Positions 17,874 to 26,671 of a stretch of DNA of 39,427 nucleotides are shown here, one piece after another (position 1 is the stretch's first letter; each line of letters begins with the position of its first letter). The DNA is from Eubacteriales bacterium. GTDB lineage: Bacteria > Bacillota > Clostridia > Oscillospirales > CAG-272. The stretch covers positions 1 to 39,427 of the forward strand of contig JAZRJC010000086.1 in NCBI GenBank assembly GCA_045645605.1. The letters are read 5' to 3'. The translations under genes were made by a program, and so were the position numbers. The notes under the pieces are model-generated. The model saw only the letters and a list, made by a program, of their open reading frames with translations, searched no databases and was not told the DNA's origin.

Positions 17874-17942
17874 TAGGTTTTTGAAAAATTTTTATTTTTT
17901 CTGTGAAAATCTTTTTGTTCTTCGTTTTCTTTAATTTGTCAT

Positions 17943-20207
17943 TTATTCTGCCGCTCTGCCGTTGGCTTTTCCCTCGACAACACTCATCTCAATTCTTCTG
18001 GTCGGTATATCGGACGCCTCTATTTTGACACGGACAGCCTGCCCCAGTCGGTAGCTCCTTCTTCCCGACGTAAGAGTATAGCTTTTTTCATCAAAGCTAA
18101 ATCTGCCGCCGAGTGCTTCAAGCGGAACAAGACCCTCAACCGTGTTCGGAAGGCTTACGAATATGCCAAAGGCGGTAACAGAGCTGACGACGCCGTCATA
18201 TTCCTCCCCATCCTTGTCCGACATATAGACCACCTTATACAGATCGTCGATCTCACGCTCCGCATACAGCGCGCGAAGCTCGTTTTCGCTTGATTTTACG
18301 GCACTCTCCTCGGCAAATTTTTCAAAATGCTCAAGCGTCGAGCCGTCAAGCTCTCCTCGGAGCACCTTTTTTACAATTCTGTGAACCGAAAGGTCGGGAT
18401 AGCGCCGGATAGGAGAGGTGAAATGGCAGTAAAGATCAATAGCAAGACCGAAATGAGGCTTTGGGGCAGCCGAATATTTCGCCTTACTCATCGAACGAAG
18501 CATAACGGCCGAAAGAACTGCCGACAGCTCCTTTTCTCTCGCCTCCGAGAGTACTGCAGAGAAGGCAGATGGATAGAGTCGGGTCGCTCGGAGTGGACGA
18601 ATATCAAGACCGAGGTTTTGCGCAAACTCAGTGAAGGAATGAAGCTTATCTGGAGAGGGTGGCTCGTGTACGCGGTAAACGCAGGGAAGCGACATTTGCG
18701 TAAGCCAGGTTGCAACAGCCTCGTTTGCACAAAGCATAAACTGCTCGATAAGTCTCTCTGCGTCGCCTCTCTCGCGCGGAATAATATCTATAGGATAGCC
18801 GTTTTTGTCAACGAGAATCTTTGCCTCCTCTGTATCAAGCTCAACAGCTCCTCTTGCCGCGGCTCTTTTCGCAAGAATTAAGTATAGCTCTTTCATTATG
18901 CGAAGGCTTGGCAGGGCTTTTTCGTATTTTTTGCCGATCTCCTCATCTGCCTCGCCCGACAAAATCTTGTTTACCTCACTGTAATAGCCGTGAACGCAGG
19001 AGGAAATTACACTCTCGCAAAGGTCAACGTCAAGAATCGCGCCCTTGCCGTCAAGCGAGATAAACGCCGAGAGGGCATAGCAGTCCTTGCCCGAATCAAG
19101 AGAGCAAGCCCCGTTTGAGAGGGCGCGCGGCAGCATTGGAACGACCTTATCGGTAAAATAAACGCTCGTTCCTCTTGCCATAGCTTCCTTATCGATGGCC
19201 GATTTTTCCCTTACGTACTCGGAAACGTCCGCAATATGAACGCCTAAAATATAGCCGTCATCGGTTTTCTCAATAGAAATTGCGTCGTCAAGGTCCTTTG
19301 CGTCCTCTCCGTCAATCGTGAAAATTATCTTGTCACGAAGGTCTCGGCGGCCGTCTGTCGAAATCTCTCGGCGTGCTTCGATTCCAGCCTCACGCTGGGC
19401 GTCCTCGGGGAATTCGGGATTGATGTTATATTCAGCAAGAATTGCGGCGTAATTTGCCTCCCTCGTTCCGCTGTCCCCAAAATTTGATATAATTTCACCT
19501 ACCATATCCGAATTGCGGGACGGATATTTTACGATCTCAACCTCAACTTTATCGCCGTCCTTCAGGGCGGAATTTCCGTGCGTGGGAATATAAACGGTAT
19601 ATGGGATTTTGCCTGAATCGGGCGCGAGGGTAACAACACGGCGTCTTTTTCTTCCGTGAAACGAGATATCAATATTGAGAACACCGATTATTTTCTTGTT
19701 TTTCTCGGCTCTCTCAACTATTCTTACAATCTCTCCGTCGCTACCTTCAGGATGTCTTTTTTCTTTTGCAACAGGAATGAGCCGCCCGCCCCTTCCTCGA
19801 CGGAGCTTGCTTTTATCAAAATGCTCGTGGCTCTTCCTTTTATCGTAGGGCTCACTTCTTCTGACGAGAACTCTGTCGCCGTCGATGGCATACATCGTTT
19901 TGTCGGACGAGATAAAAATGTCGTCGCCGCCCCTTGCTTCAGCGCCCTCGGGAGTTACAAAGCCGTAGCTTTTGCTTGTGCCTCTGTATGTTCCCATAAC
20001 AAGTCCTGACGCCTCGGGGGTCATTATTTTGCCGCGTTTTGTGCAAACGCAAAGGCCATCGCGCTCCATTTGGGCAAGAGAGTCATAAAAGTCGTCAAGC
20101 TCTGATGCCTCGATGCCCAAAGCCACTGATAAGTCCTCTGCCTTTTGAGGAATATATCCCTCGGATTTTATTTCTTCTTCGATCAGATGTCTATATTTTT
20201 CCTTCAT
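17943..20207 (-). CDS. rnr: Ribonuclease R
   Basis: Cold-shock domains (GFVTP, DIFI), RNB motifs TIDGEDAKDLDDA, HIADVS, RGTSVY, HFTSPIRRYPDL, and a C-terminal S1 domain. Confidence 0.95.
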   Translation of the reverse strand: MKEKYRHLIEEEIKSEGYIPQKAEDLSVALGIEASELDDFYDSLAQMERDGLCVCTKRGKIMTPEASGLVMGTYRGTSKSYGFVTPEGAEARGGDDIFISSDKTMYAIDGDRVLVRRSEPYDKRKSHEHFDKSKLRRGRGGRLIPVAKEKRHPEGSDGEIVRIVERAEKNKKIIGVLNIDISFHGRKRRRVVTLAPDSGKIPYTVYIPTHGNSALKDGDKVEVEIVKYPSRNSDMVGEIISNFGDSGTREANYAAILAEYNINPEFPEDAQREAGIEARREISTDGRRDLRDKIIFTIDGEDAKDLDDAISIEKTDDGYILGVHIADVSEYVREKSAIDKEAMARGTSVYFTDKVVPMLPRALSNGACSLDSGKDCYALSAFISLDGKGAILDVDLCESVISSCVHGYYSEVNKILSGEADEEIGKKYEKALPSLRIMKELYLILAKRAAARGAVELDTEEAKILVDKNGYPIDIIPRERGDAERLIEQFMLCANEAVATWLTQMSLPCVYRVHEPPSPDKLHSFTEFAQNLGLDIRPLRATRLYPSAFSAVLSEAREKELSAVLSAVMLRSMSKAKYSAAPKPHFGLAIDLYCHFTSPIRRYPDLSVHRIVKKVLRGELDGSTLEHFEKFAEESAVKSSENELRALYAEREIDDLYKVVYMSDKDGEEYDGVVSSVTAFGIFVSLPNTVEGLVPLEALGGRFSFDEKSYTLTSGRRSYRLGQAVRVKIEASDIPTRRIEMSVVEGKANGRAAE

Positions 20208-20331
20208 TTTTTCTCCGTTTTACCTTGTTTTTGGGGGATAAATATATTTAATATATTTTCTGCAAAAAGCGTTTATTCTATACTTTTTGAGTATCTTTTT
20301 GATTGGGGGGGCTTATTTTCTATAAAAACTC

Positions 20332-20455
20332 CGCAAAGCTTTATGTAGCGAGCAAATTAAAAACCCACCCAAGGTGAAAGTTTTTGGCCAAGCCTTTTTT
20401 CAAAAAGGCGGCGAGGGGCACGGGGGCGAGGAGCCCCCGAAACAAAGAGCTCCCG
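20332..20455 (+). repeat. Dispersed multi-hairpin intergenic repeat, copy A
   Basis: Near-identical blocks shared with the reverse complement of 38036-38182: CGCAAA.CT.TATGTAG.GAGCAAATTAAAAACCC and GG.GGCGAGGGG.A.GGGGGCGAGGAGCCCCCGA. Confidence 0.85.
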
Positions 20456-20456
20456 A

Positions 20457-22037
20457 TTATAAAAGCAGGGATTTTAGTTCTTTTGCGTTCTCTGCTGCGA
20501 GAGATATTTTATGTGTTTGTTCGATTTCCTCTCTTGTGCGGAAACCCCAGAGCACCGAAATGCACGGCAGACCGCTATTTTCGGCGGTTTCTATATCAAC
20601 CGCCGAGTCGCCGACGAAAACCGCCTCATCCTTATTTACGCGAAGCTCACGGAGAGCAATTTCGGCCATATCGGGAGCAGGCTTTCTTCTGACGCCGCGC
20701 GCCTCCATCTCGCCAACCGAAAAATCCACGAGATTCGGGAAAAATTTTTCTGTAAGGCCACGAAGAGCCGAGTCCTCCTTATTTGAAACGACCGCTATCA
20801 GATATCCCGCCTTTTTCAGCTCGGACAAAAGCTCGGGTATTCCGTCGTACGGCCTCGTTACCTCGGCGCTATTTTTCTTATAATGCTCATCAAAGAGGGC
20901 AACCAGCTCGGAAAACCTCGGGTTTTCCTCTCCTCCCTCAATACAGCGACTGATAGTTTTCTTTATTCCGTTTCCGATAGCCAGACGAATAAACTCCTCG
21001 CTTTTTTCCTCCATACCGCACACGGAAAGTGCATAATTTACACTACTGCAAAGGTCGGGAAGGGTTTTGAGAAGCGTGCCGTCAAGGTCAAAAAGCACCG
21101 CCTTATATTTGAGGTTATAATTCGTTTTTGCCTCGTTTTCCGTGTTCTTATCCTTTTTATTCATTATTGCGATACCCAAAATTAAAATAGCAACCCCTGC
21201 AACTATACTTGCCCGAAGCTCCTCTCCGTATGCGGCAACGCCCAAAAGGGTCGCAACGCAAGGCTCAAGGGTTGCAACGACAGACGCGTGGCTATTATCA
21301 ACCCTCTTCATTCCCTCCGTATAAAGCACGAAGGGCATAGTACAGCAAACAAGGCCAAGTCCCGCCGACAGAAAAATCGTCTTTATGCCAAACGAGGACA
21401 CTATCCCCTCCATATCGGCAAAGGGCATGGCTGTGAGCGTAAAAAACACGAAGGAATAGAATGATATCGTCATTGAATCGTATCCCTTATTGAGCGCTAT
21501 TCTGCTGAAAATGCTATAAGAGGCGTAGCTTATACCCGACCCGATACCAAAAAGAATACCGACCAGCGAATATTTCTGCTCACCCTCAAAGATACCGCAA
21601 ACCAAGGCACAGCCGACGAAGGTCAAAAGAATAGCCAACCATTTTTTGCCCGTCATTCTCTCCCCGAAAATGAGTGCGGACAAAAGAGTGACCACAGCCG
21701 GAGCAACGTATATAAGCACCGACGACACCGCAAGTGACGTGTGCTTCATTGAATAGAAATAGAAAAAGGTCATAAAGAAGATACTGAAAACCCCCGAGCA
21801 TAAAAAGCACCACAAATCCTTTAGCCTGATTTTGAGGGCGCTTCTTTTGGTCAGGAGCAAAAACATTCCGAGCGTTATAACGGCAAAAAAGCCTCGGAGA
21901 AAAACGAGGCTCATCGTTGAGATACCTATATCGGTGAGTGATTTTGTAAAAAAGCCGATGACGCCCCAGCAAATCGCCGCCAAAACTATGCAAAAATACG
22001 AGAAGGCCTTTTTCGGCGCTTGTTTCTTGTCTGTCAT
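20457..22037 (-). CDS. EamA/DMT transporter fused to a HAD-family phosphatase
   Basis: About 295 aa with two EamA repeats (CWG, LEPCVATLLG), a polar linker, then DLDGTL, SNK, RKPAPD and GDSAVD. ATG at 22037 after GAGGG. Confidence 0.88.
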   Translation of the reverse strand: MTDKKQAPKKAFSYFCIVLAAICWGVIGFFTKSLTDIGISTMSLVFLRGFFAVITLGMFLLLTKRSALKIRLKDLWCFLCSGVFSIFFMTFFYFYSMKHTSLAVSSVLIYVAPAVVTLLSALIFGERMTGKKWLAILLTFVGCALVCGIFEGEQKYSLVGILFGIGSGISYASYSIFSRIALNKGYDSMTISFYSFVFFTLTAMPFADMEGIVSSFGIKTIFLSAGLGLVCCTMPFVLYTEGMKRVDNSHASVVATLEPCVATLLGVAAYGEELRASIVAGVAILILGIAIMNKKDKNTENEAKTNYNLKYKAVLFDLDGTLLKTLPDLCSSVNYALSVCGMEEKSEEFIRLAIGNGIKKTISRCIEGGEENPRFSELVALFDEHYKKNSAEVTRPYDGIPELLSELKKAGYLIAVVSNKEDSALRGLTEKFFPNLVDFSVGEMEARGVRRKPAPDMAEIALRELRVNKDEAVFVGDSAVDIETAENSGLPCISVLWGFRTREEIEQTHKISLAAENAKELKSLLL

Positions 22038-22109
22038 TATCCGTATTCCCTCTCTTTTCTGTTTTTTGGTGTACCTTCTGAAGAATCCTCGGTCTTTGAG
22101 CTTTATAAA

Positions 22110-22473
22110 AAATGTAACCGAGTCTATAAGCCGGGTTATGTCTTGTGCGGTCATCTATCTGTGCGTTATGTCACCACAACGCTCCGACAAAATGTCGTGC
22201 CACCCGCGGATATGTGTCGGGCAAACGATCCGCATACGGTGTTGCTTCGGATAGGGTTTACATTTGCACATAGTTACCTATAATGCCGGTGAGCTCTTAC
22301 CTCGCCTTTCCATCCTTGCCGGTTTTTTCAAAACTTAGGCGGTTTATTTCTGTTGCACTTTCCCTAAGGTCACCCTCGGCTGACGTTATCAGTTATCCTG
22401 CCCTTTGAAGCCCGGACTTTCCTCACGATAATACCTTTCGGCGCCATATCGCGCGACCACACGGCTCGGTTAC
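22110..22473 (-). ncRNA. rnpB: RNase P RNA, bacterial class A
   Basis: Minus strand: P1 GTAACCGAG/CTCGGTTAC, GAGGAAAGTCCGGGCT, GAAAGTGCAACAGAAA, GGTAAGAGC, TAAACCC, AACCCGGCTTATA. Confidence 0.95.
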
Positions 22474-22479
22474 GAGAAT

Positions 22480-22508
22480 ATTATACAACATTTTTGCGGA
22501 AAAGTCAA
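22480..22508 (-). promoter_or_regulatory. sigma-A promoter for rnpB
   Basis: Minus strand TTGACT-N17-TATAAT, about 6 nt before the P1 helix. Confidence 0.8.
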
Positions 22509-22571
22509 TCAGATATTGAATTTTGGACGCTCGGGACACTTTTCGTCCGTTTTTTCAAAAATCATCAATAG

Positions 22572-22611
22572 AAAAAAGCACCTATGGTGAATAGACCACA
22601 AGTGCTTTTTT
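22572..22611 (-). terminator. Intrinsic terminator after pgsA
   Basis: AAAAAAGCAC.T.TGGT...ACCAC.AGTGCTTTTTT inverted repeat. Confidence 0.75.
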
Positions 22612-22620
22612 ACCCGACCG

Positions 22621-23232
22621 TTATTTCTGCGGGTCGAGGAACTTCCAATAGGTTTTAAGATAATTAACTCCCGACCAAACGGTTGCAACCACGTTCAAAA
22701 ACATAAGAACGTATGTTAAAATATGATAATTCGGCTTATCAAGAAGGTCGAAGAGAACGGGCTCAAGAAGTGCAATCTCAACGAAGGCAATCTGAGTGCA
22801 GGTCTTGATCTTGCCGAGAATATCTGCAGCAACCACAACTCCGCTGTTGCTTGCAACAAGACGGATAGATGTCACCGCAAGCTCTCGCATAATTACGAGA
22901 AGTGTTGCGATAAGCGACATGAGTGCAAGTGTGCCGTCGCCCTCGCCGATGATTCCAAATTCAAGCGGTCTGCAGAATTTATACGTGAGAACCACCATCG
23001 CCGTAATTACCATAAATTTGTCTGCCAGAGGGTCAAGGAACTTGCCAAAATCGGTTACAAGATTGTTTTTTCTCGCGAGTTTTCCGTCAAGCATATCGGT
23101 AAGGGCGGTAAGGCCAAAAACTATAGCCGCAAGAACGCCCGACAAAACGCTGTTTATCGGAATAAGCATAACCACGATAATCAGCGGAACCATAAACAAG
23201 CGTAAAACTGTCAATTTATTCGGAAGATTCAT
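22621..23232 (-). CDS. pgsA: CDP-diacylglycerol--glycerol-3-phosphate 3-phosphatidyltransferase
   Basis: MNLPNKLTVLR, DMLDGKLARKNNLVTDFGKFLDPLADK, RELAVTSIR, GKIKT. Confidence 0.95.
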   Translation of the reverse strand: MNLPNKLTVLRLFMVPLIIVVMLIPINSVLSGVLAAIVFGLTALTDMLDGKLARKNNLVTDFGKFLDPLADKFMVITAMVVLTYKFCRPLEFGIIGEGDGTLALMSLIATLLVIMRELAVTSIRLVASNSGVVVAADILGKIKTCTQIAFVEIALLEPVLFDLLDKPNYHILTYVLMFLNVVATVWSGVNYLKTYWKFLDPQK

Positions 23233-23258
23233 TTTCTAATATCCTTTCAAATACCTTA

Positions 23259-24578
23259 TTAAATAACCTTGCCGATAAGGTCGTAGTCCTCGGCGTAGTC
23301 AATTTTAACCTTGACGAATTCACCCGACTTCAGCTTCTTCTTTGACGTGAAGAAGATTTTTCCGTCAATTTCGGGCGCGTCCATATAGCTTCTGCCAAAA
23401 TACGTCTCGGAGCAAACGTCAAAGTCCTCACAAAGAACGGTGAGCGTTCTTCCGATAAGAGCCTTGTTTCTCGCCTCGTTTATATCGAGCTGCGAGCGCA
23501 TAAGAATATCAAGTCTGTCCTGCTTTATCTGCTCGTCTATCTGTCCGTCAAGGTCGTATGCGGGCGTACCCTCCTCGCGCGAGTAGGTAAACGCTCCCAT
23601 GTGCTCGAATTTCGCTTCCTCAACAAACTCGCAAAGCTCACAGAAGTCCTCCTCGGTCTCACCCGGGAAGCCTACGATAAAGGTCGTTCTTATAACTATA
23701 TCGGGAATTTCTCGGCGAAGAGACGCCACAACCTCGCGAACAGTCGCTCCGTCTCCGTGTCTGTTCATTCTCTTGAGCATATTGCCCGAGACGTGCTGAA
23801 GCGGAAGGTCAATATATTTTAAAATCCTGTCATTGTCGCGTATCTCTGCAATAAGCTCGTCGGTTATCTTATCGGGATAGCAGTACATCAGACGGATCCA
23901 CGGAATCGTCGTTTCCTTCGTTATTCTTTGAAGAAGCTCGGCAAGACTGTATTTTCCGTACAGATCAAGTCCGTATCTCGTAGTGTCCTGTGCCACGACG
24001 CAAAGCTCACGAACCCCAAGGCTCTCGAGCTGCTTTGCCTCCGCAACAATATCCTCTATCGGACGGCTTCTGAATTTTCCTCTTATCGAGGGAATGGCAC
24101 AATAAGTGCATTTGTTGTCACAGCCCTCGGCAATTTTTATGTACGCCTGATATTCGGGAGTCGTCAGAACTCGGTCGCCGCCAAGGCGAACGCACTCCTT
24201 ATCAAGATATTCCGAGAACCTTTCCTTTTTCTCAACTGACCTGACCGCGTCCACTATGCTGTGAATACTTCCAACGCCCAAAATAGCGTCAACCTCGGGC
24301 AGCTCCTCAAAAATATCGTCCCTATATCGCTCGGCAAGACAGCCGGTTACGATAATTCCTTTAAGCGAACGGTTTTCCTTGAGCCAGCCGATGTCAATAA
24401 TGTTGTCAATAGCCTCCTGCTTTGCACTCTCAATAAACGCGCAGGTGTTTATAACCACGATATCCGCCTCGGTTTCGTCCGCCGTTATCTCGTAGCCCGC
24501 CGTCACAAGCTCGTGAAGCATAACCTCGGTGTCCAGCTGATTCTTCGGACAGCCGAGAGATACAAATCCTATTTTCAT
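23259..24578 (-). CDS. rimO: Ribosomal protein S12 methylthiotransferase RimO
   Basis: SLGCPKN, NTCAFI, GCLAERY, EGCDNKCTYC, and a TRAM domain ending APEIDG. Confidence 0.95.
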   Translation of the reverse strand: MKIGFVSLGCPKNQLDTEVMLHELVTAGYEITADETEADIVVINTCAFIESAKQEAIDNIIDIGWLKENRSLKGIIVTGCLAERYRDDIFEELPEVDAILGVGSIHSIVDAVRSVEKKERFSEYLDKECVRLGGDRVLTTPEYQAYIKIAEGCDNKCTYCAIPSIRGKFRSRPIEDIVAEAKQLESLGVRELCVVAQDTTRYGLDLYGKYSLAELLQRITKETTIPWIRLMYCYPDKITDELIAEIRDNDRILKYIDLPLQHVSGNMLKRMNRHGDGATVREVVASLRREIPDIVIRTTFIVGFPGETEEDFCELCEFVEEAKFEHMGAFTYSREEGTPAYDLDGQIDEQIKQDRLDILMRSQLDINEARNKALIGRTLTVLCEDFDVCSETYFGRSYMDAPEIDGKIFFTSKKKLKSGEFVKVKIDYAEDYDLIGKVI

Positions 24579-24631
24579 TTCTATACCTTCTTCTTTATAT
24601 ATAGGAAAAATTAAACGCAATTTCTCATAAC

Positions 24632-24660
24632 AGTATACCACTAACTTGCAAATATGTCAA
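24632..24660 (-). promoter_or_regulatory. sigma-A promoter for rimO-pgsA
   Basis: Minus strand TTGACA-N17-TATACT with extended TG. Confidence 0.75.
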
Positions 24661-24694
24661 CCGAGATTTTGCAAATGGTAAGATTCTTTCGCTG

Positions 24695-24724
24695 AAAAAA
24701 GCACCTCCGAAGAAGTGCTTTTTT
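24695..24724 (-). terminator. Intrinsic terminator after the tRNA
   Basis: AAAAAAGCACCTC-CGAA-GAAGTGCTTTTTT. Confidence 0.75.
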
Positions 24725-24725
24725 C

Positions 24726-24802
24726 TGGTGGGCCATCAAGGACTCGAACCTTGGACCGACCGGTTATGAGCCGGTAGCTCTAACCAACTGAGCTAATGGC
24801 CC
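24726..24802 (-). tRNA. tRNA with CAT anticodon, most likely tRNA-Ile2 (lysidine-modified)
   Basis: GGGCCATTAGCTCAGTTGGTTAGAGCTACCGGCTCATAACCGGTCGGTCCAAGGTTCGAGTCCTTGATGGCCCACCA. Has a G1-C72 pair and no three-GC initiator anticodon stem, and resembles Firmicute Ile2. Confidence 0.9.
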
Positions 24803-24820
24803 TCAATTGATTGCTTGACT

Positions 24821-24849
24821 ATTATAACTCATTTTGCTCCTTTTGTCAA
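24821..24849 (-). promoter_or_regulatory. Consensus sigma-A promoter for the tRNA
   Basis: Minus strand TTGACA-N17-TATAAT. Confidence 0.8.
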
Positions 24850-24911
24850 GTACATTTATCCTTTTTCTTCAGATAAAATTCCCCTTTTTTCACAAAAAAT
24901 CAAAAAAGCTA

Positions 24912-24940
24912 TTGACAAGGCGTTTTTTTAATGGTATAAT
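24912..24940 (+). promoter_or_regulatory. Consensus sigma-A promoter for rplU-prp-rpmA
   Basis: TTGACA-N17-TATAAT with extended TG. Confidence 0.85.
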
Positions 24941-24945
24941 GATAT

Positions 24946-24998
24946 GCCGCTTAATGAGGGGCTTTTTAAGTGCGTCATGCCGCCCCGTCTTAGCGAGA
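24946..24998 (+). promoter_or_regulatory. Probable L21 ribosomal leader RNA
   Basis: Structured 5' UTR (CGCT...AGCG enclosing GGGGC/GCCCC) directly upstream of rplU, where Firmicute L21 leaders occur. Confidence 0.55.
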
Positions 24999-25023
24999 CA
25001 TAAAAGAAAGAGAGGTGCTTTTC

Positions 25024-25335
25024 GTGTTTGCAGTTATCGAAACCGGCGGAAAGCAGTACAAGGTTAACGAGGGCGACATCATTTTTGTTGAAAAGCTCGA
25101 CGTTAACGAAGGCGAAAGTGTTACTTTCGACAAAGTTATAGCATTATCCACAGGCGACAAGTTCGTTGCCGGAACCCCCACTGTTGAGGGTGCCAAGGTT
25201 GAAGCCAACGTCGTTAAAAACGGCAAGGGCAAGAAAATCTACATTCTGAAGTACAAGCCCAAGAAGAACGAGAAGAAGAAGATCGGTCACAGACAGCCCT
25301 ACACTAAGGTTCAGATTACTAAAATCGAGGCTTAA
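25024..25335 (+). CDS. rplU: 50S ribosomal protein L21
   Basis: [13 protein letters not shown]...GHRQPYT. GTG start after AGAGGTG. Confidence 0.97.
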   Translation: MFAVIETGGKQYKVNEGDIIFVEKLDVNEGESVTFDKVIALSTGDKFVAGTPTVEGAKVEANVVKNGKGKKIYILKYKPKKNEKKKIGHRQPYTKVQITKIEA

Positions 25336-25350
25336 TAAGGTCGGTCTGCT

Positions 25351-25710
25351 ATGACGAAAATCGTTTTTTACAGAAGCGGCGGAGCTTTCTACGGCTTTGA
25401 GGAGAAGGGCCATTCGGGATTTGGCGAGGAAGGGAACGACGTTCTCTGCGCGGCACTTTCCGCTATGACTATGTTCATAATCAACGCAATAGAGGTTTCC
25501 TATGCGTCTGACATTGAGTACGAAATCGATGAGAAAACAACAGATATCCGCGTCCGCTGTAAGTCTGCGCTCCTTAAATATGAGGAGGACGAGCGTAAAC
25601 GCTATGCCGTTTCGGGTCTCTTCTGTGCATACTACTATCAGCTGAACGATCTCGTTGAGGATTATTACGATTTTCTCAGTGTCGAGGTTGTTGATATTGA
25701 CTATCAATAA
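25351..25710 (+). CDS. prp: Ribosomal-processing cysteine protease Prp
   Basis: GHS..G..G.DVLCAALSA His/Cys dyad, located between rplU and rpmA. Confidence 0.92.
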   Translation: MTKIVFYRSGGAFYGFEEKGHSGFGEEGNDVLCAALSAMTMFIINAIEVSYASDIEYEIDEKTTDIRVRCKSALLKYEEDERKRYAVSGLFCAYYYQLNDLVEDYYDFLSVEVVDIDYQ

Positions 25711-25753
25711 CGAAAATTTAAGAATGTGAAATCAGATAACGGAGGTAGGAATA

Positions 25754-26032
25754 ATGTTAAAGCTTAGCTTACAGTTCTTTGCTCATAAAAAAGGTGTTGG
25801 TTCTACAAAGAACGGCCGTGACAGTGAGTCCAAAAGACTTGGTGTAAAGAAGTCTGACGGTCAGTCTGTTGTTGCGGGCAACATCATTATCAGACAGAGA
25901 GGAACTGCTGTTCATCCCGGCAACAACGTTGGTATCGGCAAGGATGACACACTCTTCGCTCTTATTGACGGTAAGGTAAAGTTCGAGCAGAAGACAAAGA
26001 CAAAGAAGCAGGTTAGCGTTTACGCTGACTAA
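25754..26032 (+). CDS. rpmA: 50S ribosomal protein L27 with a Prp-cleaved N-terminal extension
   Basis: [30 protein letters not shown]. Confidence 0.97.
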   Translation: MLKLSLQFFAHKKGVGSTKNGRDSESKRLGVKKSDGQSVVAGNIIIRQRGTAVHPGNNVGIGKDDTLFALIDGKVKFEQKTKTKKQVSVYAD

Positions 26033-26073
26033 TTTCCAATACGGAAATCTTCTTTATTAACGACAATACAAAT

Positions 26074-26143
26074 AACGGAAGCTGTATGCTTCCGTTTTTT
26101 GTTTTCTGCAAACAAAAAAGGGATGCCGCTTGCGGCATCCCTT
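26074..26143. terminator. Paired terminators between convergent rpmA and the small membrane-protein gene
   Basis: AACGGAAGC-TGTAT-GCTTCCGTTTTT (+) and AAAAAAGGGATGCCGC-TT-GCGGCATCCCTT (-). Confidence 0.8.
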
Positions 26144-26162
26144 CAACTTTTCAAAATCAGAC

Positions 26163-26402
26163 TTATTCTTCCTCGTCGGAGAGAAGCTCGCAATCGCAGA
26201 GGTCGTCTGCATCGCAGAACTCGCAATCGCAATCGTAGTCCTCATCAAGGAAATCGTCGTCGATGGCACAAAGACGGCAATACTTACGGCAGAAAATATA
26301 AACGCCGTAAATAGCAGCTGCTACCGCAAAGGTAACACCTACAGAGATAGCAATAATCTTGCCTACGCTTGGGCCCTTTTTCTTCTTTTCAATAAAAAAC
26401 AT
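26163..26402 (-). CDS. 79-aa single-pass membrane protein with a Cys/Asp/Glu-rich tail
   Basis: RBS AGGAGG, KKKK followed by a TM helix and an acidic Cys-rich tail. Upstream TTGATT-N17-TATAAT (about 26515-26543, minus strand) and its own terminator. Confidence 0.8.
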   Translation of the reverse strand: MFFIEKKKKGPSVGKIIAISVGVTFAVAAAIYGVYIFCRKYCRLCAIDDDFLDEDYDCDCEFCDADDLCDCELLSDEEE

Positions 26403-26671
26403 ATTTACCTCCTATGCCACAAAGATGGCTGATTAAAATTATAATAAAGTGTTTCTGACCGAACTCAACACTATTATTGACAAGAGAGCATACGCATTAT
26501 ACCTTTATACATATATTATACCATCACATTTTCAATAAATCAATAGTCTTTTTGCACTATTGTAAAATTTTTCAAAAATTTTATGATTTTTTCAACGAAT
26601 TTCTCAAAACATCTTTAATTTTTTCGCATTTTGTGGTATCATATATGAATACGAGGAAAGGGAGTGACGAA

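Noticed and set aside
20374-20883. ORFs starting in or crossing the dispersed repeat (20374-20883, 20384-20692, 36445-36720, 38028-38282)
   Set aside because: They read through GC-rich hairpin repeats or overlap real genes, and lack an RBS and protein-like features.
22038-22154. N-terminal extension of the EamA-HAD ORF given in the track
   Set aside because: It overlaps the 3' end of rnpB. The ATG at 22037 has a proper RBS.
25-24802. tRNA genes as integration sites of a prophage or island
   Set aside because: There is no integrase and no duplicated tRNA 3' end, and the flanking genes are housekeeping. Only the small RHH gene after tRNA-Glu is suggestive.
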